DNA from: Methanobacteriota archaeon
GTDB taxonomy: Archaea; Thermoplasmatota; E2; DHVEG-1
NCBI GenBank assembly: GCA_017885605.1
Contig: JAFNFT010000071.1
Location: forward strand, 85,519-149,518
Direction: 5' to 3'
Length of the DNA: 64,000 bases
Shown one piece after another: positions 55,468 to 64,000 of this stretch; the first letter of the stretch is position 1, and every line of letters starts with the position of its first letter. Below the pieces are notes generated by a model. That model saw only the letters and a program-made list of their open reading frames with translations. It was not told the DNA's origin and made no database searches. The position numbers and the translations under genes were made by a program.

Positions 55468-56598
55468 ATGATGGAAAAAATAAAAATTTTCGCATTGGTT
55501 GAGGGGAAAATCATAGATGAACTTAGCGATAGGGTTAGCGGGACTTTTATACGGATTCACTATATATTAAAACATTTACAACAGCATAAAGACATTAAGT
55601 TAATCTACATTCCTTTTGAATATAAGCAGAAATATTCAGATACATATTCCAGAATCAGCTGGTGTATTGATACATTTTACCATTTTGCAATTCCCTTTTT
55701 TTCCTTGCTAATCATTATTTTCAAGCGTCCTCATTTCATTTATTTTTCATATCCGAACGTTGTTTATAATGATAAGTTCAATATCCCTTTGCTGAAATTT
55801 GCCAAAAAAATCGGGACAAAGCTATTGATGTATTCACATGATTGGACGGAGCAGAGCGAGGTTTCAGGGCAGGGCAAAAACAAGTTTTTATCAGAAAAGC
55901 TAGAAGACGAGTTGGTAAAGCTTTCTGATGTTTTGGTGGTAGTATTGAGTAAATATCCAGAGCATGAAACGGCGATACTTCCTGGTGGTTTGGAAGAAAA
56001 CGAATTTGAAAGCTTGAAATATGAAATCCATGATGGAAGGTTTAACATTGCGTATACAGGTGCTATGGTGATAGATACCGGAGTTAACCTACTTGTGGAT
56101 GCGGCTGTTATGCTTCATAAAAAATATCCCTACATAAAACTTTATCTTTTTGGAAGAATCTTTGCATTAGATGATGAAACAAAGAAAAAGATAGAAGAAA
56201 CAAGTTTCATCATACAAAAAGTAGTACCAAGAACGAAATTAATTAGTTATTTCTCTGAGATTGATGTATTTGCTTATGCATATAACCCAAATATTCCTTA
56301 TTATAACAATACTAGACCAACAAAATTTTTTGAATACATTGGTTCTGAGATACCATTTATAGCAACGAAGTGCGATGGATTAAAGATGATTAGTGATGGA
56401 AAGGGATTTTTGTGGGTTAATTATTCAGTGAAGGGTTTTTGTGAAAAATTAGAATATTTATTAAAAAACCCACAAAAGAGGATGAGATTGAGTAAAGAAT
56501 TGCATGAATTGAAAAAGGATAACACCTGGGAAAAAAGAGCTGATACGTTACATGAGATACTATTACAAAATTTAATAAAGGAAGAACTGTCAAAATGA
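55468..56598 (+). CDS. GT-B-like glycosyltransferase (divergent)
   Basis: Position, size and weak GT4-like C-terminal pattern only (IAYTGAMVIDTGVNLLVDAA...FEYIGSEIPFIATKCDG). Confidence 0.4.
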   Translation: MMEKIKIFALVEGKIIDELSDRVSGTFIRIHYILKHLQQHKDIKLIYIPFEYKQKYSDTYSRISWCIDTFYHFAIPFFSLLIIIFKRPHFIYFSYPNVVYNDKFNIPLLKFAKKIGTKLLMYSHDWTEQSEVSGQGKNKFLSEKLEDELVKLSDVLVVVLSKYPEHETAILPGGLEENEFESLKYEIHDGRFNIAYTGAMVIDTGVNLLVDAAVMLHKKYPYIKLYLFGRIFALDDETKKKIEETSFIIQKVVPRTKLISYFSEIDVFAYAYNPNIPYYNNTRPTKFFEYIGSEIPFIATKCDGLKMISDGKGFLWVNYSVKGFCEKLEYLLKNPQKRMRLSKELHELKKDNTWEKRADTLHEILLQNLIKEELSK

Positions 56599-56675
56599 TA
56601 CATTCTGTGAAAAAACAGAAGGAGTGGCATATGCAATATTTGGATAAAATATCTCTTTCAAATAAATTATAGGAC

Positions 56676-58070
56676 TTGTTTATAATGAGCAAATTAGATT
56701 GTGTATTAGTTTATCCTGAACCAAGTTTAGAAAGTCCAGCTAAAGGTCCAGCTTTAAGTATTTTTTATCCAGGCGCTATGTTAGAATATAAGGGTTATAA
56801 AGTTGAATATATAGATCTCAGATTTGACAAGCAAAAAGTTTTGGAGAATATCATCTCTGAATGTCCATTGGCCGTAGGTATTAGTTCTATGACAGGTTAT
56901 CAGTTAGTCGGTGCTAAAAAAGTAATTGAGTTTGTTAAGGAATATGATAAAAATATTAAAACGATTTTGGGTGGACCCCATGTTACTATTCAAAAAGAAA
57001 AGGTATTGAAAGAACAAAAAGGAATTGATTATTACATCGTGGGGGAAGGTGAAATTCAATTATGTAATCTCATGCATTGCATTAAGAATAACAAGAAATT
57101 TGATCCTAAACGGTATGAGAATAGTCATGTTAATTTAGATACAATTCCATCACCTTTAACTGAAAAAACTAAACCTTATTATAAAATAGCAAATAATGCC
57201 AACTCGATCAGAGTTCTAACGACAAGAGGTTGTATGTATTCCTGTAATTTCTGTTATAATCAAGCAGTATATAATGGTAAATGGGAAAAAATGGGCATTC
57301 ACATTTTTGAGAAAGAGATTGAGAATTTAAACAAAGAATTTGACATTAAACATATTATCCTAGGTGATGATAACATAGGAAATAATAAGAAAAGAATAAA
57401 GAATATTGGGGATATAATGAAGCGTTATGATATCAAATGGCATTCATCTATTAGGCCTGAGTGGGTTAAACCCGATATGATCAATATCTTGGAGAAAGGT
57501 GGTTGTGACTCTCTATTTCTTGGAATCGAGTCCGGGTCTGAAAGAATTTTAACTGAAGTTATCAATAAGAGGTTGCCTCGCGGTTTGCTAGATATAAGAG
57601 ATTGCACTAAAAATCTAGGTAAATCAACTATTAGCGGTATGTATTCTTTTATGTGTGCTATTCCAACAGAAACAAATGAAGAACTGTTAGAGTCAATGAA
57701 TTTGGCTGATTGGATATGTAAAACTGATCCAAATGCTCGATTAGGATTCTATGTTTATGCGCCGTATCCGGGAACTAAAATGTATGAAATGGCTTTGGCA
57801 ACAGGATTTAATGAACCAAGAAATTGGGACGAGTGGAGCAAAGTCAGTCTTTCAGAATCTTGGGGGGATGAGTGGGAAAATTTTTACTACATGACGGGAT
57901 TGCATTTTAGAAAGGATAAAACGGAACAGAATTTTCCAGGTATCCGAAGAGATATTATTAAACTATACGAAGACTTGGCGAACTTGCACTGGCGAAACAG
58001 AACCTGGAAGAACTTCCCAGGGAAAAATGTTAAACATCTTATTATAAAAGAACGGCATAGATTGAACTAG
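56676..58070 (+). CDS. B12-binding domain radical SAM protein (class B rSAM, putative methyltransferase)
   Basis: N-terminal cobalamin-binding-like region and CxxxCxxC cluster TTRGCMYSCNFCYN. Confidence 0.8.
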   Translation: MFIMSKLDCVLVYPEPSLESPAKGPALSIFYPGAMLEYKGYKVEYIDLRFDKQKVLENIISECPLAVGISSMTGYQLVGAKKVIEFVKEYDKNIKTILGGPHVTIQKEKVLKEQKGIDYYIVGEGEIQLCNLMHCIKNNKKFDPKRYENSHVNLDTIPSPLTEKTKPYYKIANNANSIRVLTTRGCMYSCNFCYNQAVYNGKWEKMGIHIFEKEIENLNKEFDIKHIILGDDNIGNNKKRIKNIGDIMKRYDIKWHSSIRPEWVKPDMINILEKGGCDSLFLGIESGSERILTEVINKRLPRGLLDIRDCTKNLGKSTISGMYSFMCAIPTETNEELLESMNLADWICKTDPNARLGFYVYAPYPGTKMYEMALATGFNEPRNWDEWSKVSLSESWGDEWENFYYMTGLHFRKDKTEQNFPGIRRDIIKLYEDLANLHWRNRTWKNFPGKNVKHLIIKERHRLN

Positions 58071-58266
58071 AGGATTTGAGCCTTTGAGAAAGTGCATTAT
58101 CATGAACGTCCCATCTTGTCTTTAAATTTTAATTTAAAGCTATATTCGGTCTAATGATTCTAGTTTTTAAATTTTTTTATTTACTTATTTGAAATAAAAA
58201 ATTTCAACCCATTTTATTTTTCATTACATATACTTTTCTATTTTTAAAAAATAATGGAGACAGATT

Positions 58267-58905
58267 ATGAGATCATTCGATAAAATTTTGGTTTTATCTC
58301 CACACGCAGATGATGGAGAGGTTGGTGCAGGAGCTACAATTGCAAGATTTATTGAAGAAGATAAAGAGGTTCATTATGTGGCATTTTCAAGCTGCGAATT
58401 ATCAGTACCAAATGGATTTCCAAAAGATATTTTGAAGAAGGAATGTAAAAAGGCAACTAAAATGTTAGGAATTTTTCAAGAAAATTTATATATGTTGAAT
58501 TATGAAGTCAGGAAATTTCCTACATTTAGGCAAGAAATTTTAGAGGATATAGTACAACTCAATAAAAAAATCAGGCCAGATTTAATTTTGACTCCTTCAT
58601 CAAATGATACTCATCAAGACCATCAGACAATTTTTAAAGAAACATTAAGGACATTCAAAAAAACATCATCTATATGGGGTTATGAACATCCCTGGAACAA
58701 TTTTACATTCACTACAGACGTTTTTGTTAAATTGGAAGAAAAACACATTCAAAAGAAGATCAATGCTTTAAAACAATACAAATCTCAAGAGTTCCGTACT
58801 TATTTTGATGAGCGTTATATTAAATCATTAGGTTTTACAAGAGGGACACAAGTAAACTTTAATTATGCGGAATGTTTTGAGTTATTAAGAATGTTAGTGA
58901 AATAG
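58267..58905 (+). CDS. PIG-L/LmbE family N-acetyl-sugar deacetylase (copy 2)
   Basis: LSPHADDGEVGAGAT and THQDHQ. First gene after a 200-bp AT-rich promoter-like gap. Confidence 0.8.
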   Translation: MRSFDKILVLSPHADDGEVGAGATIARFIEEDKEVHYVAFSSCELSVPNGFPKDILKKECKKATKMLGIFQENLYMLNYEVRKFPTFRQEILEDIVQLNKKIRPDLILTPSSNDTHQDHQTIFKETLRTFKKTSSIWGYEHPWNNFTFTTDVFVKLEEKHIQKKINALKQYKSQEFRTYFDERYIKSLGFTRGTQVNFNYAECFELLRMLVK

Positions 58906-58925
58906 GAAGGATACGAGGAAGTTCC

Positions 58926-59675
58926 ATGATTTTCACTACTCTTGAAGATAAAATGAGTCCAATATTAGCTAAACAAACAGATTTGAACGCCGTCAGAGTC
59001 GCCATTCATCAACCTAACTACTTGCCATATATTGGATTTTTTCAAAAGATGGCTTTAGTAGATGTTTTTGTTATTTTGGATGTGGTACAATTTTCCAAAG
59101 ACAGTTATACACAAAGAACGAAAATAAGAACAAAAGATGGATGGATGTGGCTAACAATACCTATAGAAAAAAAATATTATTTTAAACCCATTAAAGATAT
59201 TTATTTACCACAAGATAAAAAATGGTTTAAAAAACATAAACTATCAATTATCTCAAACTATTCAAAATATAAATTTATTGATGATAAATTTATTGATGAA
59301 TATTATTCTTGTCAAGGAAATTTTAAGAAATTGCATGAATTCAATGAATATGGGATTTTTTATTTAAAAGATAAATTCAGAATAAAAACTAGAATTGTTA
59401 GAGCAAGTGAGTTGAATATCGATGAGAAGTTAAAATCTTCAGATTTGCTGGTGGACATTGTAAAAAAAGTCGAAGGGGATATTTATATTTCTGGTTCGGG
59501 AGGCAAAAACTACATGGATACTAAGAAGTTTTTGATAAATAAAATAAAGCTAAAGTATTTTGAATTTAAACCGATGGAGTATCCTCAAAGATGGAATGGC
59601 TTTGAACCTTATATGAGTGCGATTGATTTGTTATTTAATGTTGGGGAACCAAATGAGAATATGTTTTTTTGGTAA
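58926..59675 (+). CDS. WbqC-like family protein
   Basis: VAIHQPNYLPYIGFFQKMALVDVFVILDVVQFSKDSYTQRTKIRTKDGWMWLTIP fits my recollection of the WbqC consensus (IHQPnYlPw.GyF.K...aD.FV.lDdVQf......NRN.I......wLTvP). Confidence 0.65.
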   Translation: MIFTTLEDKMSPILAKQTDLNAVRVAIHQPNYLPYIGFFQKMALVDVFVILDVVQFSKDSYTQRTKIRTKDGWMWLTIPIEKKYYFKPIKDIYLPQDKKWFKKHKLSIISNYSKYKFIDDKFIDEYYSCQGNFKKLHEFNEYGIFYLKDKFRIKTRIVRASELNIDEKLKSSDLLVDIVKKVEGDIYISGSGGKNYMDTKKFLINKIKLKYFEFKPMEYPQRWNGFEPYMSAIDLLFNVGEPNENMFFW

Positions 59676-60789
59676 TTTACAGAGCATCCATCTTCAAAGA
59701 TGGGTGAGATATTTTGTGGAGAAGGGACACGAGGTTCATATAATTACACGGGAACCATCTGAGATTTCTGATGTACACATTCATGTTTTTGTTAGTCATT
59801 CGATATTATCATTCTTTTATAAAATTCCTATTATCGCTCGCCTCTTCTACTCTTTACATAAATATTTTGAAATAAACAGATTAAAAAAACTTATAAACAA
59901 AATTAAACCTGATTTAATAAACGCCCATTATTTAACTGATTACGGAATTTTAGCATCTAAGTTAAATTTTCATCCATTAGTAATAACCTGTTGGGGAAGC
60001 GATATATTAATTGCACCAGCTAAATTTGGAGAAAAACATGTTAAAGAAATGAGGGGAAGTCTCAGTAGTGCAGATAGGATACTAGTTGAGTCTAATTATA
60101 TGAAAAAGGAAATCGAAAAATTCGGTATTAATGAGGAAAAGATAATCTTAAACCCTTGTGGCGTTGACACAAATATGTTTAATCCCAAAGCCAAATCAAT
60201 TGATCTCAGGAAGTTACACGATCTATGTGATGGACCAATATTTATCACTACAAGGAATTTGGAAGATATATACAATCAAAGCTGTCTTTTAAAGGCAATT
60301 CCAATTGTTAAGAAGAGGCATCCAAAGGTAAATCTTTTAGTTGCAGGGAAAGGGAGTAAAAAGGATGAATTGGAAAAAATTGTAAAAGAATTAAAAATTG
60401 GTGAAAATGTACGGTTCTTGGGTTTTATTGACCATCATAAACTTCCCAGCTATCTAGTCAGCTCGAACATCTATATCTCAACAGCCCTTAGCGAAGGAAT
60501 GGGTAAATCTAACTTAGAAGCTTTATCTTGTGGGATAATTACGATTGTTACGGATGTTCCTGTTGTACACGAATACATTAACCCGGGTGTTACTGGTTTT
60601 ATTGTAAAGGATGATCCTAGTGAGTTGGCAGAACAAATAAAAAACTGCATTGATAATTATGCAGAATATAAGCGGTTACTATCAAAAAATAGTATAAAGC
60701 TGATTAATGAACGATATAATTGGAATAAAAATATGGATGAGATTGAAGAATTATATTGTGAATTAGCTAAAAATTCTCATTCACTATGA
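59653..60789 (+). CDS. Glycosyltransferase family 4 (GT-B)
   Basis: The listed ORF starts at 59617; ATG at 59653 (MRICFFGN...) is the more likely start. ...LVAGKGSKKDELE...EGMGKSNLEALSCGIITIVTD. Confidence 0.8.
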   Translation: MRICFFGNLQSIHLQRWVRYFVEKGHEVHIITREPSEISDVHIHVFVSHSILSFFYKIPIIARLFYSLHKYFEINRLKKLINKIKPDLINAHYLTDYGILASKLNFHPLVITCWGSDILIAPAKFGEKHVKEMRGSLSSADRILVESNYMKKEIEKFGINEEKIILNPCGVDTNMFNPKAKSIDLRKLHDLCDGPIFITTRNLEDIYNQSCLLKAIPIVKKRHPKVNLLVAGKGSKKDELEKIVKELKIGENVRFLGFIDHHKLPSYLVSSNIYISTALSEGMGKSNLEALSCGIITIVTDVPVVHEYINPGVTGFIVKDDPSELAEQIKNCIDNYAEYKRLLSKNSIKLINERYNWNKNMDEIEELYCELAKNSHSL

Positions 60790-60814
60790 TGTTGGCAATA
60801 TCATATAACTAAGG

Positions 60815-61669
60815 GTGAAACATACGACTGAAAAAATAACGACATACGAACCGGATAACTCGCTGAGAAAAGGATATCGATTTATCTTTGGTGAGATATT
60901 CAACGAACTTAAAAAAAATCGATGGCTAATCTTTCAATTATTCAAAAGAGATTTTTTTACTATATATAAACAATCATTTATTGGGGTTTTATGGGCGGTT
61001 GTTATACCGATTGTCAGCGTTGGCACATTTATTGTGTTGAACCAATCTGGTGTGTTTGCTATCGGCGATATTGATGTCCCGTATCCGATTTATGCAGTAC
61101 TTGGTATGGCATTCTGGCAGTTGTTCTCAACCGGTTTGATTGCAAGTTCGAATTCATTGGTATCTGCGGGTTCAATGATAACCAAAATTAACTTTTCTAA
61201 GAAATCTTTAGTAATTGCTTCCACTGGCCAGGCAATTGTATCATTTCTGATTCAAATTTTTTTGATAGTTATATTATTTGTTTACTATGGACTCAAACCA
61301 AACATAGCAATTTTATTGATTCCAATAACTATGATTCCGATGATGCTACTTACACTTGGACTGGGTTTTATTTTATCGATTCTAAATGGAATTATGCGGG
61401 ATATTGGAAAAATAATCGTAGTGCTTATGACATTTTTAATGTTCTTGACTCCTGTTTTGTATGCAAAGCCGACCACAGGAATCCTTGCAACTGTTACAAA
61501 ATATAATCCACTATATTATTTAGTTTCAGTACCAAGAGAACTTGTACTGAAGGGGACGATTTCCGAATGGAAAGGATTTTTAATCGCCAGTATCGCATCA
61601 TTTATCATTTTTATAATATGTTTAATTGTTTTCCATCTGACTGAAACGAGGGTTGCGGAGAGAATTTAA
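60815..61669 (+). CDS. wzm: ABC-2 type polysaccharide exporter permease (Wzm/TagG/KpsM-like)
   Basis: Six TM helices and ABC-2 family topology. Immediately upstream of the ATPase, overlapping it by 17 nt. Confidence 0.8.
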   Translation: MKHTTEKITTYEPDNSLRKGYRFIFGEIFNELKKNRWLIFQLFKRDFFTIYKQSFIGVLWAVVIPIVSVGTFIVLNQSGVFAIGDIDVPYPIYAVLGMAFWQLFSTGLIASSNSLVSAGSMITKINFSKKSLVIASTGQAIVSFLIQIFLIVILFVYYGLKPNIAILLIPITMIPMMLLTLGLGFILSILNGIMRDIGKIIVVLMTFLMFLTPVLYAKPTTGILATVTKYNPLYYLVSVPRELVLKGTISEWKGFLIASIASFIIFIICLIVFHLTETRVAERI

Positions 61670-62954
61670 TATGGATGACGGAACAGCTATAAAAGTCGAA
61701 AACGTGTCCAAGAAATATTGTAAGTCATTAAAGAGATCTATGCTTTATGGTGTGAAGGATATTGGACGAAATACATTTGGATTGAGTTCTCATTCTGATC
61801 GATTGAGAAATGGTGAGTTTTGGGCGGTTGATGATATTTCTTTTGAAGTGAAAAAAGGAGAAACGCTTGGAATTATTGGTCCTAATGGTTCAGGTAAAAC
61901 TACCCTTTTAAAAATGCTCAATGGTATTTTTTGGCCAGATAAAGGCAAAATCACAATGAAAGGTGAGGTTGGCGCACTTATTGAGATAGGGGCTGGTTTT
62001 CACCCACTGCTCACGGGAAGAGAAAATATTTACATTAATGCAGCGATATTAGGTATGAACAAAAAATATGTAGATGAAAAATTTGAGGATATTATAAAAT
62101 TTGCAGATATCGGTGATTTTATTGACACACCAGTTAAATTTTATTCATCAGGAATGTTTGTAAGACTTGGATTTGCTGTTGCTGTGCACTGTGAACCAGA
62201 TATATTGCTTGTGGATGAGGTTTTAGCGGTTGGAGATACATCGTTTATAAATAAATGTTATAAAAGATTACATGAAATTAAAAGTGATAAAAATGCAGCT
62301 ATACTCATTGTGTCACATAATTTATATATTTTAGAAAGGTTTTGTGATAAAGGAATATTTATTAACCATGGAAAAAACACAAGTTATGGCGAAATTCACA
62401 AAGTTATTGGGGATTATCAGGTTGTAATTCACCAATTAATGAAAAATCAGGAAAGTATTGCTGCCCCCCTCCTTGAGGAAAGTTGCACTAAGGACGTTAA
62501 AATAACGAATGTGAAATTATTGACTCAAGATGGCATAGAAAAAAAAGTATTTAATTTTAGGGATACGTTAAGAATAAAGATAGAATATGAATCTAAAGAT
62601 ATAATTCACAATCCTCAATTTCAGATACTTTTATGGAGTTACGATGGAAAACTTATTTCTGCATTTGGGCCCCATCTAGATAATCTTAAAATCTCAAACA
62701 TCGATAAAGGACAAGGGGTAGCAGAGTGCTGTATCGAAAAACTTCCTCTTCTGGCAAATAGGTATTATATAACGGTTGGAATGTATGATAAAACTCGTAC
62801 AATTACTTTAGATTATTGGGCGGCTGATACACATCCGGAACTTTCTTTTGGTATATTGCCAAATTTAGTTAGCACAACAATGGGGCAAATGGCATCTATT
62901 TGTCATTTTGATAGTAGATGGTTAATAGATGGAAAACAATTAGATCGAACTTAA
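61653..62954 (+). CDS. wzt: ABC transporter ATP-binding protein for polysaccharide export (Wzt/TagH-like) with extra C-terminal ~170-aa domain
   Basis: Walker A GPNGSGKTTLLK, signature YSSGMFVRLGFA, Walker B ILLVDEVLAVGD and H-loop VSHN. C-terminal extension beyond the nucleotide-binding domain, as in Wzt carbohydrate-binding domains. Confidence 0.85.
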   Translation: MRREFNMDDGTAIKVENVSKKYCKSLKRSMLYGVKDIGRNTFGLSSHSDRLRNGEFWAVDDISFEVKKGETLGIIGPNGSGKTTLLKMLNGIFWPDKGKITMKGEVGALIEIGAGFHPLLTGRENIYINAAILGMNKKYVDEKFEDIIKFADIGDFIDTPVKFYSSGMFVRLGFAVAVHCEPDILLVDEVLAVGDTSFINKCYKRLHEIKSDKNAAILIVSHNLYILERFCDKGIFINHGKNTSYGEIHKVIGDYQVVIHQLMKNQESIAAPLLEESCTKDVKITNVKLLTQDGIEKKVFNFRDTLRIKIEYESKDIIHNPQFQILLWSYDGKLISAFGPHLDNLKISNIDKGQGVAECCIEKLPLLANRYYITVGMYDKTRTITLDYWAADTHPELSFGILPNLVSTTMGQMASICHFDSRWLIDGKQLDRT

Positions 62955-63047
62955 AAAAAGAAAACCAGCCATCTGATGAATCATTCTTTGATAAAACAAT
63001 TATGACTAAAGTATTGTTGGAAATGATACGTCGTAAAGAGGTAATAA

Positions 63048-63950
63048 ATGAAAATTAAATCCGTAGTAAGTAGGTTCCTTGGAAAAATTATTAGAATTGA
63101 AATATTAAATACTTCATTGAGACGATTAATAAAACTATTTTTGCCAATAATGCCAAAGAATGTTATAAGCAGCATACCTGTAGTTGGAATAATTTGTTTA
63201 AAATTAACTGATTCAAAGAAAATTTATCTTAAATCAGACGAAGATCCTATAGCACAACTCTTATACTGGCATGGTATAGACGGCTTTGAACATAATTCGA
63301 TTCAACTTTTCATCAAATTATTGAAATATTCAGATACTGTTTTTGACATTGGTGCTAATACAGGGATATATGCCTTAATTGCAGCAATTGATAATTCTCA
63401 TAGAATGGTGTATGCTTTTGAGCCAGTTCCAAGAATTGTTGATTACTTGAAGGAGAATGTCAAAATTAACAAACTGCACAACTTACAAATCAATTCCAGT
63501 GCAATCACTAACTATGACGGAAAAATTACATTATATGTCCCTTCTTTTACTATTCCCTCGAGTGCTTCAACGTTACAGGGGTTTAGAGATGTTTCTGAAA
63601 CAATTTCTGTTCCTGCATTAACAATAGATTCTTTTGTTGCTATGAACAGTATACCAAAAGTTGATTTAATAAAAATAGATACAGAGGCGACTGAGCATAT
63701 GGTTTTGGAAGGTGCAAAGAACTTATTAAAACGGGATGAACCCATAATAATTTGTGAAGTTTTAAAAGGAAGAACAGAAAAATATTTACATTCTATTTTG
63801 GATAACTTACAGTACAAGTATTATTGGATATCTGATGAAGGCCTGATTGAAAAGGAACAGATTGAGGGGGATGGGACATATAAAAACAGTAATTATCTTT
63901 TCATCACGAAAAAGAAAATACGAGTGGTCATGAAAGAAATAACTGTGTAA
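63048..63950 (+). CDS. FkbM family SAM-dependent methyltransferase
   Basis: VFDIGANTGIYAL, YAFEP and DLIKIDTEATE are FkbM (Methyltransf_21) hallmarks. Confidence 0.8.
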   Translation: MKIKSVVSRFLGKIIRIEILNTSLRRLIKLFLPIMPKNVISSIPVVGIICLKLTDSKKIYLKSDEDPIAQLLYWHGIDGFEHNSIQLFIKLLKYSDTVFDIGANTGIYALIAAIDNSHRMVYAFEPVPRIVDYLKENVKINKLHNLQINSSAITNYDGKITLYVPSFTIPSSASTLQGFRDVSETISVPALTIDSFVAMNSIPKVDLIKIDTEATEHMVLEGAKNLLKRDEPIIICEVLKGRTEKYLHSILDNLQYKYYWISDEGLIEKEQIEGDGTYKNSNYLFITKKKIRVVMKEITV

Positions 63951-64000
63951 GTTTTTCAGCACGTTTAAACATGTTCGCCCCTAGAAACCTTTTTTTACCT

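Noticed and set aside
1-64000. Search for rRNA, tRNA, CRISPR arrays, transposases, integrases, restriction-modification or toxin-antitoxin genes
   Set aside because: No cloverleaf-compatible segments, no regularly spaced short repeats, no DDE/tyrosine-recombinase motifs and no nuclease or methylase signatures were recognised by eye. The repeats present are gene-internal duplications or promoter motifs, not mobile elements.

Overview
This is an AT-rich archaeal chromosomal segment. Many genes carry Shine-Dalgarno-like leaders, several secreted proteins have class III (type IV pilin-like) signal peptides, and there are many multi-PAS histidine kinases, KaiC-like ATPases, DUF835-like and MEDS domains. 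I read this combination as Methanosarcinales-like, but that is an inference. The window has three blocks.

(1) 1-11.9 kb, plus strand: a signal-transduction supercluster of two parallel sub-operons. A PAS histidine kinase, a receiver and two DUF835-like genes are followed by a KE-rich coiled-coil/HhH protein. Then a [KaiC x2]-PAS-histidine kinase fusion, two DUF835-like genes and a single-domain KaiC.

(2) 11.9-36.6 kb, mostly minus strand: a type IV pilus-like locus with a FlaI/TadA ATPase, a FlaJ/TadC platform and two giant pilin-like proteins with LamG/DUF2341-like domains. It includes an internal segmental duplication that left a 5-prime-truncated tadC copy. After it come a beta-helix/PKD surface protein, a Cache-type histidine kinase, a 1715-aa 11-PAS histidine kinase with a foreign GC-rich segment, a MEDS-domain histidine kinase flanked by a ~57-bp direct repeat, an RHH / membrane-DUF835 / receiver operon, and membrane proteins including a CPBP protease.

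(3) 36.8-64 kb, plus strand: a ~27-kb glycan biosynthesis and export island. It contains a GT2 and a GT-C-like enzyme, wecB, three NAD-dependent epimerase/dehydratases, an N-acetyl-sugar amidotransferase, two PIG-L deacetylases, WbqC, an LbH acyltransferase, an SDR and a B12-radical SAM enzyme. There are also six to eight GT-B glycosyltransferases, a Wzm/Wzt ABC exporter, two methyltransferases and a decayed epimerase 3-prime remnant.

I found no rRNA, tRNA, CRISPR array, transposase or integrase. The most interesting candidate system is the repeated KaiC / histidine kinase + paired DUF835-like module.
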